Part shown: positions 44,961 through 53,089 of the stretch, piece after piece
Layout of the letters: the number at the start of each line of letters is the position of its first letter
Numbering within the stretch: the first letter of the stretch is position 1
Assembly (NCBI GenBank): GCA_964416435.1
Contig: CAYQEG010000004.1
Location: 29,378-93,377 of the forward strand
Origin: an uncultured Rickettsiales bacterium
Lineage (GTDB): Bacteria; Myxococcota_A; UBA796; UBA9615
Direction: 5' to 3'
DNA length: 64,000 bases
Position numbers and translations under genes: made by a program
Notes under the pieces: model-generated
Database searches by the model: none
What the model was told of the DNA's origin: nothing
The model's input: only the letters and a program-made list of their open reading frames with translations

Positions 44961-46615
44961 GGCGTCGGGGCGGCTCCTTGCTCGTAGTCGACCCGGTAGA
45001 CGCACACGCTGTTCCCGCCGACGCCCTTCTTGCCCTGGCTCGTCGTCCAGACGTAGCGGCCGTCGGGGCTCACCGCGAGGCCGACGGTGTAGCTGTCGGT
45101 CCGCACCCGGCTGACGATGTTCATCGTCGCGGCGTCGATGACCACGATCTCGGCCCGGCCGTTGACCGCCGCGAAGATGTAGCGCCCGCCCGGCCCCAGC
45201 TCGATCGTCCGAGCGCCCGCGCCGACGTAGACCGCCTCCCAGCCCTCGACCGGGACCCGCTTCCCGTCGGCCGCCCGCAGGGCCTCGATGACGACGGCGA
45301 TGTCGATCTTGCTGACGTAGCCGCTGACGTTGCTCGACACGAACAGCGTCTGGCCGTCGGGCGAGACCACCAGGTGGCGCGGGGTCGGCTTCATGCCGAG
45401 CACGGTGCCCAGGTAGGCGCCCGACTCGACGTCGAAGCCCGCGATCCCTCCGCCCCCCATGCGCGAGACGAGCAGCGTCTTGCTGTCGGGGGAGAAGACC
45501 GTGCCGCGCAGGCAGTAGCCGCACGCCTTGTCGCGGTCCTCGCCCGCCAGGCCGGACTGGGACAGCGCCCGCTCCACCACGAGGCGCTCGTCGCGGTAGC
45601 GGAACTCCATCGGGTCGTCGCTGCTCACGTCGATCAGCGCGACCGTGTTGTCTCCCCAGTGCGTGATCGCGACCCAGTTTCCGTCGGCGGACGCCGAGAC
45701 GTACTTGGGGATCGGCCCGGTCGGCATCACCCGGACGACGGTGTCGGTCGTCGTGTCGATGATCGCGACCGCCGACGGCGACGTGCCGCCGCCGTCCCAG
45801 GAGCGACGGTAGTAGGGCACCCACAGGTACCGGCCGTCGTGGGAGAGCGCCGACTCCACCGGCTTGCCGCTGAACTGGTTGACGTCGCCGCTGCTGGGGC
45901 GCTTGTTGTAGACGTACCCGTAGACGGAGCTCTCGCCGTCCTTGAACAACGCCCCGTCATCCCCGTCGAACTTGTGGGAGATCGCCCCCAGCTTGGTGGG
46001 TCCCGACGCGTCGTAGACCGCCGTCCGGAACCCCTCCAGCGAGTTCACGTAGACCTTTGAACCATCGGCAGAAAACCGAGCGCTCTTAGGCGAGTAGATG
46101 TCCTTGTCGTAGTAGTCGGTGTCCGCCGCGGGTTCGGCCCGGTAGTTCTGGAACCGGGCGACCAGCTCCAGCCGAACCGGCGCCTCGGCGGGGGACGAGG
46201 CGGTGCCGATGGCGACCCGGAGGGCGTCACTCCCGGGGGACTTCGCCTTGCGCGCCTTCTCCTTGGCCTGGACCAGCCAGGTCTTGGCGTCGTCGTGGTC
46301 CGGCTGCAGCTCGAGGGTCCGGGTCCAGGCCGCGACGGTGCTGTCCCAGCTGCCCCGGCTCCAGTAGGACCAGCCGATCTCGTAGTTGCAGGCGACGCAG
46401 TCGGGATCGAGCTCGAGGCACCGCCTGTAGTGCTGCAGGGCGGCGTCGCTGTCGGCCGCCTTCTGGGCCGCGAAGCCGGCGCGGTAGGCGGTCGTCGCGT
46501 CATCGGTGGAGCAGGTGGCGGACTCCTGGGCCGAGGCCGTCGCGGGAGCGAGGCCGAGCGCGAGGACGAGGAAGGCCGCGAATGGCGGAGGGAGCAGAGG
46601 AGCGGATGAGGACAT
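44957..46615 (-). CDS. secreted TPR + YVTN-type beta-propeller protein
   Basis: ATG 46615 (MSSSAPLLPPPFAAFLVLALGLAPATASAQ). TPR-like ALQHYRRCLELDPD... Repeated (S/T)PDG(K/R/Q).(L/Y)(F/W)V(S/T) propeller blades: FSADGSKVYV, LSHDGRYLWV, ASADGNWVAI, FSPDSKTLLV, VSPDGQTLFV, VSPDGRYVWT. Confidence 0.7.
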   Translation of the reverse strand: MSSSAPLLPPPFAAFLVLALGLAPATASAQESATCSTDDATTAYRAGFAAQKAADSDAALQHYRRCLELDPDCVACNYEIGWSYWSRGSWDSTVAAWTRTLELQPDHDDAKTWLVQAKEKARKAKSPGSDALRVAIGTASSPAEAPVRLELVARFQNYRAEPAADTDYYDKDIYSPKSARFSADGSKVYVNSLEGFRTAVYDASGPTKLGAISHKFDGDDGALFKDGESSVYGYVYNKRPSSGDVNQFSGKPVESALSHDGRYLWVPYYRRSWDGGGTSPSAVAIIDTTTDTVVRVMPTGPIPKYVSASADGNWVAITHWGDNTVALIDVSSDDPMEFRYRDERLVVERALSQSGLAGEDRDKACGYCLRGTVFSPDSKTLLVSRMGGGGIAGFDVESGAYLGTVLGMKPTPRHLVVSPDGQTLFVSSNVSGYVSKIDIAVVIEALRAADGKRVPVEGWEAVYVGAGARTIELGPGGRYIFAAVNGRAEIVVIDAATMNIVSRVRTDSYTVGLAVSPDGRYVWTTSQGKKGVGGNSVCVYRVDYEQGAAPTP

Positions 46616-46646
46616 CTGAGGGGTAGGACCGGGGTGGGGCTGAAGG

Positions 46647-46907
46647 TCAGTCGAAGTAGTCGGAGTCGTAGAAGTACAGGCCCGTAAAGTTACTCTCGAC
46701 CGTTTCCCATGAAGTAGCAATCATTGCAGCTACTTCGCAGGTTGGGTGTTTGGTCTGCTGGACGAGGATCCAGGACTCCTTCCCGGACGTCGGGATCGAG
46801 CCGTGGAGCTTGCTGAGGTCTTCGGGAGGGCCCGAGCCGTCGTCCACCCAGCAGCGCTGCTTGAAGCGGCCGGAGCTGCGGTCGTAGACGAAGACATACT
46901 CGTGCAC
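46647..46907 (-). CDS. small hypothetical protein (86 aa)
   Basis: GTG start 9 nt after the stop of the giant repeat gene. The first roughly 55 codons have the GC-rich third positions of genuine genes here. No SD, no family recognised, and it contains an AT-rich patch. Confidence 0.4.
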   Translation of the reverse strand: MHEYVFVYDRSSGRFKQRCWVDDGSGPPEDLSKLHGSIPTSGKESWILVQQTKHPTCEVAAMIATSWETVESNFTGLYFYDSDYFD

Positions 46908-46916
46908 GGCGGGAGC

Positions 46917-49900
46917 CTACACGCTGCGGCGTCTCCTGCGCAGGAGCGGCCCGAGGAGCAGCAGCAGGCCGGCCGCGGGGGCGGCGTCGCCGCCGTCGAG
47001 GCGGCTGTTGCAGGCGCAGTCGGGGCCGCTGCCGAAGTCGCAATCCTCGTCCTCGGTGTCCGGCAGCCCGTCGCAGTCGTTGTCGAAGCCGTCGGCGCAG
47101 TCCTCGCCCGCGCCCGGGAAGGTGTCGGCGGACAGGTCCTCGCAGTCGTCCCCGCCGCAGGCCTCCTTCTCGTGGCCGTCCGAGTCGGCGTCGCGCACGA
47201 TGCCCTCGTCGGCGACGCCGTCGCAGTTGTTGTCGAGCCCGTCGCACAGCTCGGCGACGTCCGGGTTGACCGTCGGGTCCTCGTCGTCGCAGTCGCCGTC
47301 GCACCCGGGGACGCCGTCGCCGTCCAGGTCCTCCTCGCCCTCCTCGGACAGCTCTCCGTCGCAGTCGTCGTCCACGCCGTTGCAGATCTCGGGGGCGTCG
47401 GGGTGGACGCCCTGGGCGTCGTCGTCGCAGTCCGTGCCACCGCACTCGGCGTCGAAGTGCCCGTCGCCGTCCTCGTCGACGGTGTGGGTGTCCCCGTCAC
47501 AGTCCAGGTCCGCCCCGTCGCAGGTGTCCGTCGCGTGGGGGCCGACCTCCGGGTCGTCGTCGTCGCAGTCGGGGCCGCCGCAGGCGTCGCTCTCCGTCCC
47601 GTCCTCGTCTGCATCCGACGGCAGATCGTCCCCCGAGCAGTCCTGGTCGATCCCGTCGCCGCACACCTCGTCGGCGCCGGGGCTGGTGCCCGCGTCCGCG
47701 TCGTTGCAGTCCTCGCAGGCGTGCCAGGTGTCGCCGTCGTCGTCGCCGCTGGGGGTGGTGAGGGCGTCGTCGTCGACGGCGTCGGCGCCGCCGCAGGCCG
47801 CGGCGGAGGAGGCGTCGTCGCAGTCGTCGCCCCCGCAGTCGGTCGCGGCGTAGCCGTCTTCGTCCGCGTCCACCCCGTCGACGAGGCCGTCGCAGTCGTT
47901 GTCCAGGAAGTCGCCGCAGACCTCCTCCTGGCCGGGGTTCTGCAGATCCGAGTTGTCGTTGCAGTCCTCGCAGGCGTCGTAGCCGTCACCGTCGTCGTCG
48001 ATGCCCGGGTGGATCAGGGAAGACGTGTCGTCGCAGTCGTCGCCGCCGATGCCGTCGTCGGTGGTGTAGCCGTCGCCGTCGGCGTCGTGCAGGTCGTCGC
48101 CGCCGTCGCAGTCCTGGTCGATCCCGTCGCCGCAGATCTCCGGCGTCGTCGGGCTGAGCGTCGGGTCGTTGTCGTCGCAGTCGTCGCAGGCCGACGAGCC
48201 GTCGCCGTCTTCGTCGACGCCGGGGTTCAGCAGCGGGTCGCCGTCGTCGCAGTCGTCGCCCCCACAGGCGGCGTCGATCCAGCCGTCGCCGTCCAGGTCG
48301 CCCGTCGCGTCCACCCCGTCGCAGTTCTGGTCGACGCCGTCGAGGCAGATCTCCGTCGCCCCGGGATTGATCGTGTCGTCCGCCTCGTCGCAGTCGCCGC
48401 AGGCGTTCCAGCCGTCGTTGTCGGCGTCGTCGGGGGTCGCGAACTCGAAGTCGAGGGTGATGTCGTTGACCGTGCCCGAGAAGGCGGTGCAGTACTGGTA
48501 GATGTCCACGGTCCAGACCCCGATCGGGTCCTCGCCGTAGAAGATCGAGAGCGGGTCGACGGGGCTGAACGTCCCGGCGAACGGAGCGGAGCCGGCGGTG
48601 ATCGAGGTGGAGGCGTCGTCGTCGAGCACGGTGCCCGTGAAGTCAGCGCCGAAGCCGCCGACGGCGTCGAACAGCGTGATGGTGGTGCCCAGCGGCGAGA
48701 TCACGGTCACGAGCAGGTCCGACGTCGGGCTGATCGTCAGGTCGAAGGTCACGTCCAGGTCGAAGACGTCGGTCGTCGTGCCGGCGACCTCGAACGTGAT
48801 CGGGGTGCTGCTGGCGCAGCCGAACAGCGGCGTGCCGGCGCCCGACGAGAGCGACTGGGGCGGGTCGCTGACGCCGCCGACGTCGACGTCCTCGCCGTCC
48901 TCCAGCCCGTCGCAGTCGGAGTCGATCGAGTCGCACGCCTCCGGCGCGTCGGGGTAGACGGACCCGTCGCTGTCGTCGCAGTCCTCGCACGCGTCGAAGC
49001 CATCGCCGTCGTCGTCGGTGTTGGCGCCGACGTCGGGGTCGTTGTCGTCGCAGTCGGTGCCGCCGCACTCCGGCGGGTAGTCGCCGTCGCCGTCGGCGTC
49101 GAGGTCGTCGACGATCCCCGAGCAGTCGTTGTCGAGCCCGTCGCAGGTCTCGGCCCCCGACGGGAAGGCCAGCGGCTCCTCGTCGTCGCAGTCGGCGCAG
49201 ACGTCGAAGCCGTCGCCGTCGCTGTCGACGCCGGGGTAGGCGGCCGGGTCCTCGTCGAAGCAGTCATCGCCCCCGCAGGCGACGGCGATGTAGCCGTCGA
49301 AGTCGGCGTCCGGCTGCTCGTCGACCCCCGAGCAGTCCTGGTCGATGGCGTCGCCGCAGATCTCGACTTCGCCGGGGTTGATGAAGTCGAAGACATCGCT
49401 GCAGTCCAGGCAGGCGTTCCAGCCGTCGCCGTCCACGTCGACGGACGGGTTCATGTCCGGGTCGTCGTCGTCGCAGTCGTCCCCGCCCAGACACTGGTCG
49501 GAGACCCAGCCGTCCCCGTCCGCGTCGAGCACCCCGTCGAACAGGTCGCAGTCGCTGTCGGCGCCGTCCTCGCAGATCTCGATCGCGTCGGGGTGCACCT
49601 CGGGGTCGCTGTCGTCGCAGTCCAGCCCGCCGCACGCGTCGTCGTCGAACCCGTCGCCGTCGGCGTCGGTGCACGTCGAGAAGGCCGTGGCGGTGCCGGT
49701 CAGGGCGGAGGCCGCGTCGCACGAGAACTCGAGGGGATCGACCCCCCCGTCCTGGATTCCGATGGTCGCGCTCGCCCCCTCGTCGAAGCCCGTCACCCCG
49801 CCGAACACCGCGTCCACCCAGTGCAGCTCGACCGCCCCCGATGGGAGCAGGTGGATCTGGAACGTGGCGCCGTCATAGGTCGGAGGGGGCCAGCCGAAGT

Positions 49901-50351
49901 AGGCGATGTCCTCCCAGGAGACGATGAAGCGATCGTTGCCGCCGAGGTTGTCGTGCCACGCGTAGACCGATCCGCCCGAGTCCACGCTCAAGTCATCCCA
50001 GTAGACGGCGATGTCGGGGCCCAGGCCGTCGGGCAGGCAGCCGTTGTAGTAGGGGATCACCGAGGCGGCGCCGAAGCTGGCGCCGCCGTTGTCGCCGACC
50101 CGGATCTCCGAGTAGGAGGCGCCGTACCACTCGAATGACCAGGGGAGCGTGACCGTGACGACGCCGTCGTCGAACAGCGCCAGCGGCGTCTCGCTCCCGG
50201 GCACCGTCACCGGGTCGTAGTCGGTCGGAGCGAACTCGTAGCCGTACGCGTTGGGGCCACCGGTCTGGGCGGCGGCGACGGCCGGGAACAGCAGCAGGGC
50301 GGGCAGCAGCAGCAGCAGGCAGCGAGGCACGGGTCCCTCCACGGTTCGCAA
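46917..50351 (-). CDS. giant secreted protein: N-terminal globular domain, about 18 MopE-type Cys/Asp metal-binding modules, central proprotein-convertase P-domain, MYXO-CTERM-like tail
   Basis: Signal peptide MRTVEGPVPRCLLLLLPALLLFPAVAAAQ. Modules of the form DADGDG(F/W/Y)..CGG.DCDD.DP...PG..E.C.DG.D.DCDG: 7 before and about 11 after the P-domain by my count. P-domain ...DLLVTVISPLGTTITLF...DPIGVWTVDIYQ. Tail CACNSRLDGG..AAGLLLLLGPLLRRRRRSV. Confidence 0.85.
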   Translation of the reverse strand: MRTVEGPVPRCLLLLLPALLLFPAVAAAQTGGPNAYGYEFAPTDYDPVTVPGSETPLALFDDGVVTVTLPWSFEWYGASYSEIRVGDNGGASFGAASVIPYYNGCLPDGLGPDIAVYWDDLSVDSGGSVYAWHDNLGGNDRFIVSWEDIAYFGWPPPTYDGATFQIHLLPSGAVELHWVDAVFGGVTGFDEGASATIGIQDGGVDPLEFSCDAASALTGTATAFSTCTDADGDGFDDDACGGLDCDDSDPEVHPDAIEICEDGADSDCDLFDGVLDADGDGWVSDQCLGGDDCDDDDPDMNPSVDVDGDGWNACLDCSDVFDFINPGEVEICGDAIDQDCSGVDEQPDADFDGYIAVACGGDDCFDEDPAAYPGVDSDGDGFDVCADCDDEEPLAFPSGAETCDGLDNDCSGIVDDLDADGDGDYPPECGGTDCDDNDPDVGANTDDDGDGFDACEDCDDSDGSVYPDAPEACDSIDSDCDGLEDGEDVDVGGVSDPPQSLSSGAGTPLFGCASSTPITFEVAGTTTDVFDLDVTFDLTISPTSDLLVTVISPLGTTITLFDAVGGFGADFTGTVLDDDASTSITAGSAPFAGTFSPVDPLSIFYGEDPIGVWTVDIYQYCTAFSGTVNDITLDFEFATPDDADNDGWNACGDCDEADDTINPGATEICLDGVDQNCDGVDATGDLDGDGWIDAACGGDDCDDGDPLLNPGVDEDGDGSSACDDCDDNDPTLSPTTPEICGDGIDQDCDGGDDLHDADGDGYTTDDGIGGDDCDDTSSLIHPGIDDDGDGYDACEDCNDNSDLQNPGQEEVCGDFLDNDCDGLVDGVDADEDGYAATDCGGDDCDDASSAAACGGADAVDDDALTTPSGDDDGDTWHACEDCNDADAGTSPGADEVCGDGIDQDCSGDDLPSDADEDGTESDACGGPDCDDDDPEVGPHATDTCDGADLDCDGDTHTVDEDGDGHFDAECGGTDCDDDAQGVHPDAPEICNGVDDDCDGELSEEGEEDLDGDGVPGCDGDCDDEDPTVNPDVAELCDGLDNNCDGVADEGIVRDADSDGHEKEACGGDDCEDLSADTFPGAGEDCADGFDNDCDGLPDTEDEDCDFGSGPDCACNSRLDGGDAAPAAGLLLLLGPLLRRRRRSV

Positions 50352-50467
50352 TCTACTACTCGACGCGTGCCACGGGGCCGGGCGTCCCGTCGCCCGCGCG
50401 CCCCCGGAGGGCCGCCCGCCGGGGGGCCGGATTTTGCTAGCCTTCCGTCCCCAACTCGGAGGAGTGC

Positions 50468-51862
50468 ATGTCGATTCTCATCAAGGGTGGCCGCATCATC
50501 ACCGCGGTCGACGACTGGTACGGCGACGTCTACATCGAGGGCGAGTCCATCGTCCGGCTCGGCGCGGATCTCGACGTCCAGGCCGACACCGTCATCGACG
50601 CGGCCGGCAAGCTCGTGATCCCGGGCGGCATCGACGCCCACACCCACATGGACATGCCGTTCGGCGGCACCACGTCCGCCGACGACTTCGACAGCGGCAC
50701 CAAGGCGGCGGCCCACGGCGGCACGACGACGATCGTCGACTTCGCGATCCAGGCGAAGGGCGAGTCGACCCTCAAGGGGCTCGACGTGTGGCACGAGAAG
50801 GCGGCCGGCAAGGCGACCATCGACTACTCGTTCCACATGATCGTGACGGACATGCCGGTCAGCCGGCTGGGCGAGATGGAAAGGCTGGCCGAGGAGGGTG
50901 TGACCTCCTACAAGCTGTTCATGGCGTACCCCGGCGTGCTCTACGTCGACGACGGCACGCTGTACCGCGCGTTCCGGCAGGCGGGGCTCAACGGCACCCG
51001 GATCTGCATGCACGCCGAGAACGGCATCGTCATCGACGAGATCATCCGCGAGGCCGTGGCCGACGGGAAGATCGAGCCCCGTTGGCACGCCCACACCCGC
51101 CCGACCCGGATGGAGGCGGAGGGCGTGCACCGCTCCATCGCCATCGCCGAGGTGGCCGATGTGCCGCTGTACATCGTGCACCTCAGCTGCAGCGACGCCC
51201 TGGAGGAGGTCAAGCGGGCCCGCAACCGCGGCGTCGACGTGATGGCCGAGACCTGCCCGCAGTACCTGTTCCTGGATCAGACGATCTACGACAAGCCGAA
51301 CTTCGAGGGCGCCAAGTGGGTGATGACGCCGGCGCTGCGGGAGAAGTGGAACCAGGGCGAGCTGTGGCAGGGGCTCAAGTACGGCCACCTCGCCAACGTC
51401 GCGACCGACCATTGCCCCTTCTGCTTCAAGGGCCAGAAGGAGCTCGGCCGGGAGAGCTTCACGAAGATCCCCAACGGCGCCCCCGGCGTCGAGAACCGCG
51501 TCTCGCTGATGTATCACGGCGGCGTGGTCGAGGGCCGGCTGACCCTCAACGAGTGGGTCAACCTGACGTCGACGGCGGCCGCCAAGACGTTCGGCATGTT
51601 CCCCAAGAAGGGCACGATCGCCGTCGGCAGCGACGCGGACATCGTGATCTTCGACCCGGATCTCAAGCGCACCATCAGCGTCGACGACCCGGCCACGCAC
51701 CACATGCGGGTCGACTTCAGCGCCTACGAGGGCTTCGAGATCCAGGGTTGGTCCGAGACCGTGCTCAGCCGCGGCCGCGTGATCGTCGACAAGGGCGACC
51801 TGAAGACCGAAGGCGGCGGCGAGTTCATCAAGCGCGCCCGCCAGGGAGAGCTGCTGCGGTAG
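50468..51862 (+). CDS. dihydropyrimidinase / D-hydantoinase
   Basis: MSILIKGGRIIT...VIPGGIDAHTHMDMPFGG (HxH), SYKLFMAY (carbamylated Lys region), HAENG, IVHLS, TDHCPF. 464 aa. Confidence 0.92.
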   Translation: MSILIKGGRIITAVDDWYGDVYIEGESIVRLGADLDVQADTVIDAAGKLVIPGGIDAHTHMDMPFGGTTSADDFDSGTKAAAHGGTTTIVDFAIQAKGESTLKGLDVWHEKAAGKATIDYSFHMIVTDMPVSRLGEMERLAEEGVTSYKLFMAYPGVLYVDDGTLYRAFRQAGLNGTRICMHAENGIVIDEIIREAVADGKIEPRWHAHTRPTRMEAEGVHRSIAIAEVADVPLYIVHLSCSDALEEVKRARNRGVDVMAETCPQYLFLDQTIYDKPNFEGAKWVMTPALREKWNQGELWQGLKYGHLANVATDHCPFCFKGQKELGRESFTKIPNGAPGVENRVSLMYHGGVVEGRLTLNEWVNLTSTAAAKTFGMFPKKGTIAVGSDADIVIFDPDLKRTISVDDPATHHMRVDFSAYEGFEIQGWSETVLSRGRVIVDKGDLKTEGGGEFIKRARQGELLR

Positions 51863-51871
51863 CCCCTCCGG

Positions 51872-53089
51872 CTACCCCCCGAGCGACGTCCGCACCTTCA
51901 CTTCGCCGTGCAGCGAGCGGTGCACGGGGCACTTGTCCGCGATCTCGAGCAGCCGCGCCCGCTGCTCGGCGTCCAGGTCGCCGTCGAGCACCAGCTCACG
52001 CGTGATCTCGTCGATCCGGCCGCTTGGGGAGTCGCAGTCGTCGCAGTCCTTGACGTGGACCTTGCGGTGGGTGAGGTGCACCGTCGCCCCGCGCAGGTCC
52101 CAGCCCTTGCGGTCGGCGTACATGCGGAGCGTCATCGAGGTGCAGGCGCCCAGCCCCGACATCAGCAGGTCGTAGGGACCGGGCCCCAGGTCGGTGCCCC
52201 CGACGGCGACCGGCTCGTCCGCGACGAGGCGGTGGCCCGCGGCCAACACGTCGGTGCGGAACCCGGTCGGCCCGGTGTGCACGACGACCTCGGCGCCCCG
52301 GGGGTCCAGCGCGGTCGAGTGCTCCTCGATCCCCAGGTAGCGGCGGGCCCACGCGGCGATCATCTCGCCCGCGAACCGGGCGTCGCGGCCGTCGCTCAGC
52401 AGGTGGTCGGCGCCGTCCAGGCCGATGAAGCTCTTGGGGTGCAGGGCTGCGACGTAGGCCTTGCGGGCGTCGTCCACCGAGACCGTGTGGTCGATCGGTG
52501 AGTGGAGGATGAGGAGCGCCCGACGCAGGCCGCGCAGCACCGTCGCCGGGTCGTGGTTCTCCAGGTCTTCGAGGAACTCCTTGCGGATCCGGAACGTGCG
52601 GCCCGCGAGCACCACCTCCGCCTCGCCCGCCGCCTGGATCTCGGCCCGGGCGGGGGCGAGCAGCCGGGTGACGTGCTCGGGGTCGTAGGGGGCTCCGATG
52701 GTCGCGACGGCGAGGCTGCTGTCGATCCGGTCCGCCGCCTGGACGACCGCGGCGCCGCCGAGGCTGTGTCCGATGAGCAGCTTGGGGGGCTCCCGCTCCT
52801 CCGACAGCCAGCGGCTCGCGGCGACCAGGTCGTCGGTGTTGGAGCTGAACGTGGTGTCGGCGAACTCGCCCTCGCTGGAGCCCAGCCCCGTGAAGTCGAA
52901 CCGAAGCGTCGCGATGCCGGCCGCGGCCAGCGCCCCCGTGATGTGCCGGATCGCCTCGAGGCTCTTGCCGCAGGTGAAGCAATGGGCGAACAGCGCGTAG
53001 GCCTCCGGGGCCGAGGAGGCCGGCAGGTCGAGGATCGCGGCGAGGCGCTGCCCCCGGCCGTTGCTGAATCGGATGCGCTCGGACTTCAC
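51872..53089 (-). CDS. bifunctional alpha/beta-hydrolase / OsmC-family peroxiredoxin-like protein
   Basis: GTG 53089 with GAGGAG upstream. FAHCFTCGK...LIGHSLGGAA (GxSxG) in the N-half. OsmC fold in the C-half (PYDLLMSGLGACTSMTL...DKCPVHRSL with the two conserved Cys). Confidence 0.85.
   Translation of the reverse strand: MKSERIRFSNGRGQRLAAILDLPASSAPEAYALFAHCFTCGKSLEAIRHITGALAAAGIATLRFDFTGLGSSEGEFADTTFSSNTDDLVAASRWLSEEREPPKLLIGHSLGGAAVVQAADRIDSSLAVATIGAPYDPEHVTRLLAPARAEIQAAGEAEVVLAGRTFRIRKEFLEDLENHDPATVLRGLRRALLILHSPIDHTVSVDDARKAYVAALHPKSFIGLDGADHLLSDGRDARFAGEMIAAWARRYLGIEEHSTALDPRGAEVVVHTGPTGFRTDVLAAGHRLVADEPVAVGGTDLGPGPYDLLMSGLGACTSMTLRMYADRKGWDLRGATVHLTHRKVHVKDCDDCDSPSGRIDEITRELVLDGDLDAEQRARLLEIADKCPVHRSLHGEVKVRTSLGG

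Noticed and set aside
46746-50138. A 1130-aa plus-strand ORF, plus several ORFs of 100-420 aa in other frames over the giant repeat gene.
   Set aside because: These are Val/Ala/Gly/Asp-only translations produced by reading GAC/GGC/GTC-rich repeats in the wrong frame. The minus-strand frame gives a signal peptide, ordered Cys modules and a sorting tail.
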